This document shows, piece by piece, positions 54,048-63,465 of a stretch of DNA of 64,000 bases (position 1 is the stretch's first letter; the number at the start of each line of letters is the position of its first letter). The DNA lies in contig JBILLK010000016.1 of NCBI GenBank assembly GCA_044376115.1, positions 1-64,000 on the forward strand, written 5' to 3'. The stretch comes from Polyangiaceae bacterium (GTDB taxonomy: Bacteria > Myxococcota_A > Polyangia > Polyangiales > Polyangiaceae). Both the position numbers and the translations under genes were made by a program. The notes beneath the pieces were generated by a model. The model ran no database searches, was not told the DNA's origin, and saw only the letters and a list, made by a program, of their open reading frames with translations.

Positions 54048-55274
54048 CTATCTCACGATTCGATCGTCGAGCACCCACTCATCCCAATAGGCAGGCCAGC
54101 CCGGGTAGGTGATGCGCATGAAATCCCCGTTGCGCTTGGTCACCCGCGCCGGCCAGTTCTTGTTTTGCCAGGTCACCGTGAGGTCGGTGCCTTCGGCGAA
54201 GGAGGTGAAGCGGATGGGCGTGAGCGCCGCCGTCATCAGCGTTTCATCCCAGGCGTCGGCGTAGCTGAAGAAGCGTACGGTCGCTTGCTCCTTCTGGGTA
54301 TCGAGCACGCGCCCAACGCGGCTGCCTTTGCGCGAAGGGGCGTTGACGTAGTTTCCGCGGTTCGATGCGCCCGCCACGCGGGTCGCCGTCTTACTGAGCG
54401 GCCACTCTTGAAGGCCCGCCGGCAAATGAACTCCCGCACGTTGGTGCTCACGGAACTTCATCGCGTCGCGCACTTCTTCGGCGATCTCCCCGAGCTCCAC
54501 CAGCCCGTCGGAGTCACGGTCTGCCAGCGCATCACCTGCGAGGGAGTCGAGCAGGGTCTGGGTGAAGGTCCAGTTCGCTGTCGATAGGTTCGAGCTTTCA
54601 GCCGACGTCAGACTCGCAGCCACGAGGCCCTGCTTGTTGAGCGACTGGGCGACCGTCTCGAGTTCGCCCGAGTAACAGCAATCACCGAGCAAGAGGACGT
54701 GAGCCCCGCGGGGGGCCTTGCTCAGCGCCTCTTCGACGTCGCGCATCGAAAGGCCGGTCTCATCGGTTTTGTTGAGCTTGAGATCGTGCGAGGCGAAGTA
54801 GACCGTCCCACTCGGTCCCCGTACCCCGTGCCCGGCGTAATAAAAGATGAGCACCCCATCGGCCTGTGTCTTTGCGGCGGCCTTCTCGAGCTCGCGCTTG
54901 ATGTTCGCGCGGGTCGCGTCTTCATCGAGCAGACGTTCGACCTGGGCGCCTTTCTGGGTCTCAAGCAGCTTGGCGAGTTCGAGGTCTTTGCGCGCGCGCT
55001 TGTCGAAGCTGGATAGACCCGGGTCCTGCCAGCTGAGCACGCCGGAGATCACCGCATGGATTGACTTGCCTTCGAGCGGGCTCGGGCCGCTCTTCGGCAA
55101 AGCCCGCGCCTGCGCGGACTTATCCCCGCGTGGTTTCGCGGACGGCTCCGCCGACCGACTTCGTTTCGATGGCTTCTCGTCGGGTTGGTCTTCCCTCGAC
55201 TTTCGCTCGCCCGAGCAATGAAGCGACGATAGGGCGAGTTGCAACGCAAGCATTGCGCACGAAGCGGACCGCAT
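54048..55274 (-). CDS. Caspase-like (C14) protease with signal peptide and C-terminal tandem Tudor/chromo-barrel-like domains
   Basis: FYYAGHG and LLGDCCYSG dyad, DRDSDGLVEL motif, C-terminal WPARV...ITYPGWPAYWDEWV. Confidence 0.82.
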   Translation of the reverse strand: MRSASCAMLALQLALSSLHCSGERKSREDQPDEKPSKRSRSAEPSAKPRGDKSAQARALPKSGPSPLEGKSIHAVISGVLSWQDPGLSSFDKRARKDLELAKLLETQKGAQVERLLDEDATRANIKRELEKAAAKTQADGVLIFYYAGHGVRGPSGTVYFASHDLKLNKTDETGLSMRDVEEALSKAPRGAHVLLLGDCCYSGELETVAQSLNKQGLVAASLTSAESSNLSTANWTFTQTLLDSLAGDALADRDSDGLVELGEIAEEVRDAMKFREHQRAGVHLPAGLQEWPLSKTATRVAGASNRGNYVNAPSRKGSRVGRVLDTQKEQATVRFFSYADAWDETLMTAALTPIRFTSFAEGTDLTVTWQNKNWPARVTKRNGDFMRITYPGWPAYWDEWVLDDRIVR

Positions 55275-55354
55275 CGCGCAAGGCTAGCGTGAAGCCGCAA
55301 CGCGCGGCCACGGGCGCGGTGGACGAAGGGGGAACCACGCGTTAGAGAGAGTGT

Positions 55355-56671
55355 GTGCTCAACGCTGGTCATCCGCTGCGCGACGGGCGCTACCGCATCA
55401 CACGGGTGCTTGGCGAGGGGTCGCAAGGCACCACCTTCGAGGCGGTCGATGCAAAGCTGGGTCGGCTGGTGGCGATCAAGCGCTTTCAGGTTCGCGGCGC
55501 CGCATCTTGGAAGGACGTTGAACTCGCAGAGCGTGAGGCCGTGGTACTCGGTGCGCTCAAACACCCGCTGATTCCTGCTTACGTCGAGCATTTCGAGGAA
55601 GAGGCGGCGCTCTACTTGGTGACCGAGTTGGTCGCTGGGCAGAACTTACGCCAGCGCGCCGCGGGCGGGACGATGAGCCTCGACGAGGTGCTGCGACTGC
55701 TCTCGGATCTGAGCCAAGTAATCGAGTATCTCCATGGCCTGCATCCGCCGGTCATTCACCGCGATATCAAGCCGGGCAACATCATTCGTCGCGAAGACGG
55801 GCGCTTCATGCTCGTGGACTTTGGGTCGGTGCGCGCCAAGCTCGAGCTCTCTCAGGGCAGCACCGTGGTAGGCACCTTCGGGTTCATGGCGCCGGAGCAG
55901 TTTCAGGGCCGCGCCCTCCCGCAGTCGGACGTGTACTCGCTTGGAGCAACGGTGCTCTCGCTGATGACCGGCCTCGAGCCGGAGAAGTTGCCACATCGCG
56001 GGCTCGCCATCGACGTCCGCGCAAGTCTCGGTCCCAACGTGGATCGGCGAATCGTGGAGCTGCTCGAGCGGATGCTCAACCCCGATCCGGATCAGCGGCT
56101 ACCGCGCGTTTCCAGCGCTTTGCAGGTGTTCCGTCGGCTTCGCGCAGGCGCCGCCAATCGGCCTGCCGCACCGGCTTCACAACCGCCGCCGCCCTCGCGC
56201 CGTGCGCGTCGCGGCAACGCCCGCCCCCCGTTCGATGTTGTCCCGCCCTGGTCGAAGCGCTACCAAGCCAGGCCGCTGGGTCGCAGCGCTGAACTCGCTC
56301 CGCCCCGCGAGATCGCGTTGCCGCTCTTGTCGGTCGCTCGCGCAGCCGTCTACTTCGGCGCGGTCTTTTTCGCGCCGCTCGTACTTTCGCTGCTTTCGAT
56401 CATCTTTGGTAAGCCGCTGAGACGGGCCGCCTACCAAACGCGCGAGGCCGGAGAGCGCGCGTTGCGCGCGATGGACCTGAAAGCGCAGTCGTTTCTAACG
56501 CAGCCAATTCACGAGCCGGTGGCGGAGCCAGTTCCGGTCCCGCCGGCCGCCGCGCCTTCGCCAGTTGCCAACGCCCAACGTCGCGTCGAAGCCAATGCCG
56601 CGGCTCCCCAAGAGGACTTGATCGAGGAGCCCGAGCAGACCGCAGAACAGCGCTCGGCGACGCGCCTTTAG
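55355..56671 (+). CDS. Hanks-type Ser/Thr protein kinase with C-terminal TM segment
   Basis: LGEGSQG, VAIK, HRDIKPGN, DFG, GTFGFMAPE and DVYSLG. Confidence 0.95.
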   Translation: MLNAGHPLRDGRYRITRVLGEGSQGTTFEAVDAKLGRLVAIKRFQVRGAASWKDVELAEREAVVLGALKHPLIPAYVEHFEEEAALYLVTELVAGQNLRQRAAGGTMSLDEVLRLLSDLSQVIEYLHGLHPPVIHRDIKPGNIIRREDGRFMLVDFGSVRAKLELSQGSTVVGTFGFMAPEQFQGRALPQSDVYSLGATVLSLMTGLEPEKLPHRGLAIDVRASLGPNVDRRIVELLERMLNPDPDQRLPRVSSALQVFRRLRAGAANRPAAPASQPPPPSRRARRGNARPPFDVVPPWSKRYQARPLGRSAELAPPREIALPLLSVARAAVYFGAVFFAPLVLSLLSIIFGKPLRRAAYQTREAGERALRAMDLKAQSFLTQPIHEPVAEPVPVPPAAAPSPVANAQRRVEANAAAPQEDLIEEPEQTAEQRSATRL

Positions 56672-56675
56672 GCTG

Positions 56676-58667
56676 TCAGAACTTGAAGGTCAGCATGGTG
56701 GTCTCGTTGGGCTTGATCACCGCCCCACGCGACTTGGCCGCGCCACTCGTTGGTTTGCAAACCACCGTGTGTTTGCCGGCAGGCAATGAAACGCTCAGCG
56801 AAGAGCCGCTGCCTTTCCCTGCGCCATCGACGCTGAACGAGCAGGACCCGCCCGTCGCGATGGCGAGCAGCCGTCCGCTTCCTCCAGCCGGCGTGGGCTC
56901 CGGCTTCGGCTCCGGCTTCGGCTCGGGCTTCGGTTCCGGCTTCGGCTCAGGCTTCGGCGGGGGCTCTTTGGTGCGGGGGTTGGGCTTCCCGGGAATTGGC
57001 TTGGGCGCATCTCCCGTGGTGACGACGACCGGGCCGGCCGGTTCATCGGGTTGCGCCGACAGCTGAATGGCCGGCCTTTCCGGCGGGGCCTCAACAGGCT
57101 TCGGCGCTGCGGTTTGGGCCTGTTGGGCGGCGGGCTGCACTGGAACCGAAACGGGGCCCGGCTCCTGCGGGCGCCCAGCGTCGGCGGCCACTTTGGGCGA
57201 CTCACGCAACAAGAGCAGCAGGACGACCGGCAGCATCACCGCGGTGGCAGCGAGCGCGCCCCACAAGATGCGGATATCGAAGCCGCCACGCTTCGCCGGT
57301 TTGGGCGACAAGCTGGGCTGCGTGAGCGGCGGCGGGCTGGTGTCGAAGCGGCCGCTCACCTCGGCGGCCTGCGGCTGACGTTGGCGAGGTGCCGTCATCT
57401 TCCCAGCGCCGAGAAAGGGGGAAGGCGGTAGCGATGGCGGTGGAGGAGGTACTGGCAACCCGCGCGTCGAGTAGGCCGTCGGCATCGGTGAGGCCGGGTC
57501 TGCGCCGCGTTGCGAATCGGGCCCCATGGCCCGCATGCTCGCTGTCAGCTCCCGCGCGATCAGCGGCAAGTTCGACCCGGAGCCGCTGGCACCACCGAGC
57601 ACTTGGGTGGCCTCCTCATCTCCCGGCAGGTCCTCGAACTCGGCGTTGGAGATCGCCACCGGGCGCGACATCGGCGGCGGGATCACGCTGCTGCGCGAGG
57701 GCGGCGGCGGCACGTAGCTCGGCGGCGGGGCCGGAACTGCGCCGCTCTTGCGTTGTTTGGCGCGATGGGCGATCTGCGCGATCCGCTCGATCAGGACCTG
57801 CCCTTCGGCCGGGGCGTACGGCCCGAGCGAGTGCGCGAAGGAGTGAATGTTCTTGAAGCGCCGATCGATGTCTTTGGCGAGCGCCCAGGAAAGAATGTTG
57901 TCGATGTCCGGAACGACGTCCCCGCGCAGCGAGGTGATCGGCGGGGGCTCCTCCCGTGTGATCGCCAACATCAAACGCGCAACGTCGCCTGCGAAGGGCG
58001 GCTTACCGGCGAGCAGGAAGTACAGCACCGCTCCCAGCGACCAGACGTCGGTGCGCACGTCCACCGACTTCGCTTTGCGCACGAGTTCCGGCGAGGAGTA
58101 CGACGAGAGCCCAAACAGCGCGGTTGCGGTCAAGGAGCTGCCACCCGCGGGGGCCGCTGCGTCGCGCATCAGCTTGGCCGTCCCGAAGTCGGTGATCTTG
58201 AGCAGCGGCGTTCCACTCGGGCGGCGCGCGACCATCATGTTGGGCGGAGAAAGCTCACGCACGATCAGCCCGTGGGCGTGTGTTTCTGCCACGCACTCGG
58301 CTGCTTGGAGCGCCAGCAGCACCGCCTCGGGGACAGGGCGCGGACCGTAGTTCTGGACGTAGCTATTTAGCTCTTCGCCCTCGACGTGCTGACGCACGAG
58401 GTAAAAGGAGCCATCCGGTTGGGTGCCAACGTCGATGATGCGGGCCGCATGCTCGGACTCGAGCTTCGACAGGACGCGGGCTTCTCTGCGGAAGCGCTCG
58501 ATCTCACGATCATCGCCGGTGCCGGCCAGCAGCAGTTTGATCACCACCCTCTGGTCGAACTCGACGTGGAAGGCTTCCAACGTGAGCGTAGGAACACGCG
58601 ACAAGATCGCTCGCACGCGATACTTGCCACCAACTACGTCGCCCGGGTGAATATCGTCTGCGCGCAT
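56676..58667 (-). CDS. Membrane Ser/Thr kinase-like protein, probable pseudokinase, PEGA-like C-terminus
   Basis: VVIK, DFG, SPE and DVWSLG are present, but the catalytic loop reads VRELSPPN and there is no Gly-rich loop. TM, PKPE repeats. Confidence 0.85.
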   Translation of the reverse strand: MRADDIHPGDVVGGKYRVRAILSRVPTLTLEAFHVEFDQRVVIKLLLAGTGDDREIERFRREARVLSKLESEHAARIIDVGTQPDGSFYLVRQHVEGEELNSYVQNYGPRPVPEAVLLALQAAECVAETHAHGLIVRELSPPNMMVARRPSGTPLLKITDFGTAKLMRDAAAPAGGSSLTATALFGLSSYSSPELVRKAKSVDVRTDVWSLGAVLYFLLAGKPPFAGDVARLMLAITREEPPPITSLRGDVVPDIDNILSWALAKDIDRRFKNIHSFAHSLGPYAPAEGQVLIERIAQIAHRAKQRKSGAVPAPPPSYVPPPPSRSSVIPPPMSRPVAISNAEFEDLPGDEEATQVLGGASGSGSNLPLIARELTASMRAMGPDSQRGADPASPMPTAYSTRGLPVPPPPPSLPPSPFLGAGKMTAPRQRQPQAAEVSGRFDTSPPPLTQPSLSPKPAKRGGFDIRILWGALAATAVMLPVVLLLLLRESPKVAADAGRPQEPGPVSVPVQPAAQQAQTAAPKPVEAPPERPAIQLSAQPDEPAGPVVVTTGDAPKPIPGKPNPRTKEPPPKPEPKPEPKPEPKPEPKPEPTPAGGSGRLLAIATGGSCSFSVDGAGKGSGSSLSVSLPAGKHTVVCKPTSGAAKSRGAVIKPNETTMLTFKF

Positions 58668-58844
58668 CGAGGAGCGGTGAACATTCTTGCACGATCCGCG
58701 GCCAAGTACGAAAGCCAAGTGCCGCGATCCGCGTTCCCTGCGAAATCTCCCGCTAAGGGCGGCCCATGTGAGGTTTTGTTAGCGGCGCTGCTGTTATGCA
58801 ACTCACCCGGGCGAACCCACACGAACGGTGGTAGTGTGACCCGC

Positions 58845-59180
58845 ATGCGCCTCATCTATTCCTCCGTCTTTGCCGTTTCACTCTTGGGGATTGCGGCTGC
58901 AGCTTGCAGTGACGAGCCGGAACCTCAGTATCCGCAGCAGGGCTATCCCCAACAGGGTTACCCGCAGCAGGGCTACCCCCAACAGGGTTACCCGCAGCAG
59001 GGTTACCCGCAGCAGGGTTACCCCACGCAGCAGTACCCCACGCAGCAACCAACGGCCACTGCCACCGCTCAGCCCACCACTCCCTTTGGTCTCCCCATCC
59101 CCAGCGGGCTGATCCCGTCCGGTTTCACGCTGCCCAGCGGGTTGCCCGGCTTCCCGACCGCTGCGCCTCCCGCTCAGTGA
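58845..59180 (+). CDS. Small low-complexity lipoprotein with YPQQG repeats
   Basis: AAAC lipobox, (YPQQG)6 (YPTQQ)2, Pro/Gly tail. Confidence 0.75.
   Translation: MRLIYSSVFAVSLLGIAAAACSDEPEPQYPQQGYPQQGYPQQGYPQQGYPQQGYPQQGYPTQQYPTQQPTATATAQPTTPFGLPIPSGLIPSGFTLPSGLPGFPTAAPPAQ
58929..59048 (+). repeat. 15-bp coding tandem repeat (8 units)
   Basis: Six TAYCCNCARCAGGGN units plus two YPTQQ units, with synonymous variation. Confidence 0.9.
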
Positions 59181-59275
59181 TTCGTTCCGCCTAAGGCGGG
59201 CGCTCCGGTGAGCCGTTGTTCCAAGTGCGGCTGAAGCGCTAAGCTTGCAGCCGCGCCGCTCAGCGGCGGCCAAAT

Positions 59276-60403
59276 ATGGAGAGTAGCGCGCTACCCATTC
59301 CCAAAGACCCTCGATGGCGCAGGCTGTTGGGGGTCACGTTGTTTGTCGGCCTCCTTTACGTCTTTCGAGGTCTTGCGCCAGTTCTGATCTGCTTCGTGAT
59401 CTTCGAGCGGGCGCTTGGTTTCTTGGCTGAACGCATCGTCCGCAAAACGCAGGTCAAGAAGGCCTACGCGGTTGGCGGTCTGCTGCTGGTGCTCACTGGC
59501 CTGGTCTCGACCGGTGGTTTCTTCGGGGTACGCGGGCTGATTCAGGTCGTTGAGCTGGCCAAGAGGGACGGCCAAGCCTGGGTTGAGTCGGTCACTGAGA
59601 GCGGCCTCATTCAGCGGGCTCGCGCGCAGCTCGGCACCGACTCGCATGCTTTCACCGAAGGCGCGCGCAGCTACGCTCTTCAGGCGTTCGGCTACGTCTC
59701 CGCCACCGCCTACGTCGCCATCTTCGTGTTCGTCGGTTTCATCCTCGCGGTGATGTACCTGTTCGAGCAGCGGGAGATCGACGACTGGCTCGAAGGTCTC
59801 GAGCCCAAGAGCGTGATCGGAACGCTGACGCGCTGGCTTGGCTATGTGGCGGACGCCGTCGCGATCACTGTGCGGCTTCAGGTCGTGGTGGCGATCTTCA
59901 ACGCGGTCTTTACGTTGCCACTGCTGTTGTTCCTCCGGCTGCCGAACGTACCGCTGCTGTTCCTCATGGTGCTCCTCTCGGGCATGGTGCCGGTCGTCGG
60001 CGGAGTGTTTTCGGGCCTCGTGCTGTGCCTCGTGGCTTACGACGCGAAGGGCTTCGTGGGCGTCGGCATCTTCCTTGGGGTGACGTTCGTGCTCAGCAAA
60101 GTCGAGAGCTACTACCTTTCACCTCGGCTCACGGCGCAGCACGTAAAGCTGCCGGGCATCATGTTGGTCATCAGCTTGCTGATGTTCGAAACGGTGTTCG
60201 GATTTTGGGGCTTGTTCCTCAGTTTCCCGGCGCTCTACGTGGCGCTTCGAATTGCCAACGAGTGGAAGGTCGAGGACTTGGATCGGCGCGCACGAATGAG
60301 CTCCATTCCACCGATCGCGACGGCGACCCCAGTGCCTCGCTCTGTGCCGACTTCTGCGCGTCCCACGGCGGCAAAACCGCCAGACCCTGTCGAATCCCCA
60401 TGA
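59276..60403 (+). CDS. AI-2E (PerM-like) family transporter
   Basis: Multi-TM, VPVVG, ESYYLSPRL..QHVKLP and FGFWGLFLSFP. Confidence 0.85.
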   Translation: MESSALPIPKDPRWRRLLGVTLFVGLLYVFRGLAPVLICFVIFERALGFLAERIVRKTQVKKAYAVGGLLLVLTGLVSTGGFFGVRGLIQVVELAKRDGQAWVESVTESGLIQRARAQLGTDSHAFTEGARSYALQAFGYVSATAYVAIFVFVGFILAVMYLFEQREIDDWLEGLEPKSVIGTLTRWLGYVADAVAITVRLQVVVAIFNAVFTLPLLLFLRLPNVPLLFLMVLLSGMVPVVGGVFSGLVLCLVAYDAKGFVGVGIFLGVTFVLSKVESYYLSPRLTAQHVKLPGIMLVISLLMFETVFGFWGLFLSFPALYVALRIANEWKVEDLDRRARMSSIPPIATATPVPRSVPTSARPTAAKPPDPVESP

Positions 60404-61581
60404 AGCTCCAAGCTCTGTTCGTCGCGTCGGCGTTGGTTTGCAGCGTCGGTTGCGGCTTCTCCCAGCCGGCCTTTCCGCGAGGCCCATATCGCGTCATGGA
60501 GGCGCCCGACACCGAGCAGCGTATCCAGCGAATCACCTGCTCGCTTTCGGTCAAAGGGCAGCGCATGTCGCTCGCGACCGCGATGCAAAAGTACCAAGTG
60601 CCGGGCGTGAGCGTTGCGGCGATGTGGGGCGGTCAAGTCGTATGGGCGCGCGGCTTTGGTTCGGCCGACATCAACAAGCGTCGCCTGATGACGCCGGAGA
60701 CCACCTTGCAAGCGGCCAGCGTCTCCAAGCCGATGACCGCGGTCGCGGTGATGCGCATGGTGCAAGCGGGTGAACTCAACCTCGATGAGGACGTAACCGA
60801 CATCGTCGGCTGGGAGCCCGGTAAAGCCGATAGTCGCATCACGCTGCGCCAGCTGATGTCGCACACCAGCGGCCTCGGCGTGCATGGCTTTGGCGGCTAC
60901 AAACGCAATCGTGAGGAGCTTCCGAGCGCGCTCGATATCCTCGACGGCAAAGCGGCAAACTCAGCGCCGGTGCGCTTTGCCGGCCCTCCCGGTGAGTCGC
61001 GCTATTCGGGCGGCGGCTTCACGCTGGTGCAAGCGTTGGTGGAGGAGGAGATGGGCGAAGAGTTCGAGGAGGCCATGTACGACTGGTTGATTCGGCCCTT
61101 TCGGCTCACGCACAGCACCTTCCACCAGCCGCTCGATGGGGACAACCTTGCCTACGCCGCTACCGGCTACGTCGAGGGTGCGCCGGTCCCGTTTGGCCAT
61201 CACGTCTACCCTGAGAAGGCCGCTGCGGGCCTTTGGACGACGCCGACGGATCTCTTGACTGTCGCCGCCTCGCTGATGAACTCCTACAACGGCGGGCCGG
61301 GCCCGCTGTCCCCAGCGTTCGCGCGGCAGATGTTTACGCCGGTCGCGCCCGGGCAGAAGTTTGGTCTGGGCTTCGCCGTCCGCAACGAGGGCAACGTGCT
61401 CGAGGCATGGCACAGCGGTGTGAACCACGGCTTCACCTCGCTCGTGACCTTCCGCTCGGATGGTTCTGGCGCCGCGGTGCTGGTCAACGCCAACGGTCCT
61501 TTGGCTGGGGCCATCGTCGATTCGATCGGCGAAGAGTACGGCTGGCGCGGCAGCAAAGCCGGCGTCGCTTGCGCGCCCTAA
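60400..61581 (+). CDS. Serine hydrolase, beta-lactamase class C-like, lipoprotein
   Basis: SVSK (SxxK), LMSHTSG, YSG and HSG motifs. ATGA overlap with the upstream gene. Confidence 0.9.
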   Translation: MKLQALFVASALVCSVGCGFSQPAFPRGPYRVMEAPDTEQRIQRITCSLSVKGQRMSLATAMQKYQVPGVSVAAMWGGQVVWARGFGSADINKRRLMTPETTLQAASVSKPMTAVAVMRMVQAGELNLDEDVTDIVGWEPGKADSRITLRQLMSHTSGLGVHGFGGYKRNREELPSALDILDGKAANSAPVRFAGPPGESRYSGGGFTLVQALVEEEMGEEFEEAMYDWLIRPFRLTHSTFHQPLDGDNLAYAATGYVEGAPVPFGHHVYPEKAAAGLWTTPTDLLTVAASLMNSYNGGPGPLSPAFARQMFTPVAPGQKFGLGFAVRNEGNVLEAWHSGVNHGFTSLVTFRSDGSGAAVLVNANGPLAGAIVDSIGEEYGWRGSKAGVACAP

Positions 61582-61633
61582 CGGCTGCACCAAAACCAGG
61601 CGCTAGCGCGAAGCATCTGCGCTGTTCGGGTGC

Positions 61634-62623
61634 ATGCAGCGCGCGAACCCAGCCCGATATTCCCGAACCCAGCCTGCTTTCCCGACGGCACGCAGCGTGC
61701 TGAAGCACGCTCCGGAGGTGAACGTGGAAGAAGGCTTGGATGTTCGTTTTTGGGGTGTGCGCGGCAGTCTCCCGAGTCCCGGACCGGAGACGGCGATGGT
61801 GGGCGGCAACACCGCCTGCGTCGAGGTTTGTGGTGGTGGTTCGCGGGTGATCTTGGATGCGGGCAGCGGCATTCGCGCGCTGGGTGATGCGCTGATGGCG
61901 AAGGGGGAGGGCGAGGACCTCACCATCCTGCTCTCGCACGTGCACTGGGATCACGTGATGGGCCTGCCGTTCTTTGCGCCGCTCTACGCGGGTAAGACGC
62001 CGATCACGATCGCCGCTGGGCCGCTCGGTTTGCCGGTGGCTTCAGCGTTGGAGCGGCAGATGTCGCCGCCGCTTTTTCCGGTGAGCTACGACGCTGTGCG
62101 TTCGCGCGTGAGGACGGTGGACCTCGCGGCCGACAGTCACTTTCGCGTGGGGGCTCTCACCATCACCATGTTGCCGCTGATTCATCCGGACCCGGTGATC
62201 GCCTATCGCATCGCGTTCGGTAGCAGCTCGGTTGTCTACGCCACCGACACCGAGCACGTCGAGGGCCAGCTCGATGAGCGACTGCTCCACTTCGCGCGCG
62301 GTGCCGACATCCTGATCTACGACGCCCAATACACGCCGGAGGAGTATCGCGGGGAGGTCGGGCCTTCACGAAAAGGCTGGGGTCATTCGACCTTCCTTGC
62401 CGGGGCTGAACTAGCTCGCGCAGCCAACATCAAGACGTTGGCGCTCTTTCATCACGATCCGCGTCGTACCGACGCAGAGGTCGCGGCCATCGTTCAGCGC
62501 TGCCGTGAGCACTTCCCGAGCACGGTGGCAGCGCGCGAGAACCTCTCCTTGCGGGTGGAGGTTCCGCCCTCGACCGTGAGCCGACATCGAGCCGAGCTCC
62601 AGCATGTCGCGGCGTTGGCGTGA
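61634..62623 (+). CDS. MBL-fold metallo-hydrolase
   Basis: FWGVRGS, GGNTAC, DAGSG, SHVHWDH, TDTE, WGHS and FHHDP. Start may lie further downstream. Confidence 0.9.
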   Translation: MQRANPARYSRTQPAFPTARSVLKHAPEVNVEEGLDVRFWGVRGSLPSPGPETAMVGGNTACVEVCGGGSRVILDAGSGIRALGDALMAKGEGEDLTILLSHVHWDHVMGLPFFAPLYAGKTPITIAAGPLGLPVASALERQMSPPLFPVSYDAVRSRVRTVDLAADSHFRVGALTITMLPLIHPDPVIAYRIAFGSSSVVYATDTEHVEGQLDERLLHFARGADILIYDAQYTPEEYRGEVGPSRKGWGHSTFLAGAELARAANIKTLALFHHDPRRTDAEVAAIVQRCREHFPSTVAARENLSLRVEVPPSTVSRHRAELQHVAALA

Positions 62624-62648
62624 GCACGGCTCGAGCGGGGTTCGACTT

Positions 62649-62667
62649 TGATAGTTATGAGCTATCA
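62649..62667. promoter_or_regulatory. OxyR/LysR-type operator upstream of dps
   Basis: TGATAG-ttatgag-CTATCA matches ATAGntnnnanCTAT. Confidence 0.7.
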
Positions 62668-62761
62668 GAGTCGTCAGTTCGTTGTCTTAGCGAGCACGAG
62701 CGAAGCTCCTTAGAGTTCATGAGTCGGCTGCTCAACAAGCCGCAAACAAGGAGTCTTCATC

Positions 62762-63238
62762 ATGTTCAAGAGCCCCAGCCAGCTGTCCGAGTCCGTTCGT
62801 TCCAAGCTCGTGGACGCGCTCAACGCGCGCCTCGCCGACGGCTTGGATCTTCATAGTCAGATCAAGGTCGCCCATTGGAACGTCAAAGGGCCGCAGTTCG
62901 CCTCGCTGCATCCTTTGTTCGAGACCTTCGCCGTTGGTCTAGCGCTGCACAACGACAGCGTCGCTGAGCGAGCCGTTACGCTCGGTGGAAAGGCCTACGG
63001 CACCGCTCGGCACGTGACCAAGCATTCGCGCTTGGAGGAGTACCCGCAAGACACGACGCGAGGCCTCGATCACGTAAAGCTGTTAGCGGAGCGCATCGAG
63101 ACCTTCCTCGAAGGGGGGCGTGAATCGCGCTCGCTCGCCGAAGAACTCGCTGACACCGACACTGCCGACCTGTTCACCCAGATCATCACCGAGTTTGAGA
63201 AGCACGCTTGGTTCCTGCGCGCGTCGCTCGAGAGCTGA
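62762..63238 (+). CDS. dps: DNA starvation/stationary phase protection protein Dps
   Basis: AAGGAG RBS, HWNVKGPQF..LH.LFE, D.VAER...LGG, D..TADL and KHAWFL. Confidence 0.95.
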   Translation: MFKSPSQLSESVRSKLVDALNARLADGLDLHSQIKVAHWNVKGPQFASLHPLFETFAVGLALHNDSVAERAVTLGGKAYGTARHVTKHSRLEEYPQDTTRGLDHVKLLAERIETFLEGGRESRSLAEELADTDTADLFTQIITEFEKHAWFLRASLES

Positions 63239-63465
63239 GTGTGTCAGCAGATTGGCAGCGTGTGCTGCGTTTGACGCGGCCCGAAGCTGCGTCGGGCGAA
63301 ATTCTCAATGGCGTCGTGCCGCCGAAGATTGGGCCCAATGGCATGTACTGTGCTCAATGGAGGGCACTCGTAAGCGCTACCAAAAAGGCCGCGGGTCGCG
63401 GCGCCGACAAGGGCGAGTAGCGTCAGGTCCGGTTCGACTCCGGGGCTTACGACCAATAGCAACGA

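Noticed and set aside
56895..56960. 12-bp repeats as a possible CRISPR or DNA-level element
   Set aside because: No spacers. They encode a PKPE linker in the pseudokinase. No CRISPR array or cas gene was seen anywhere in the window.
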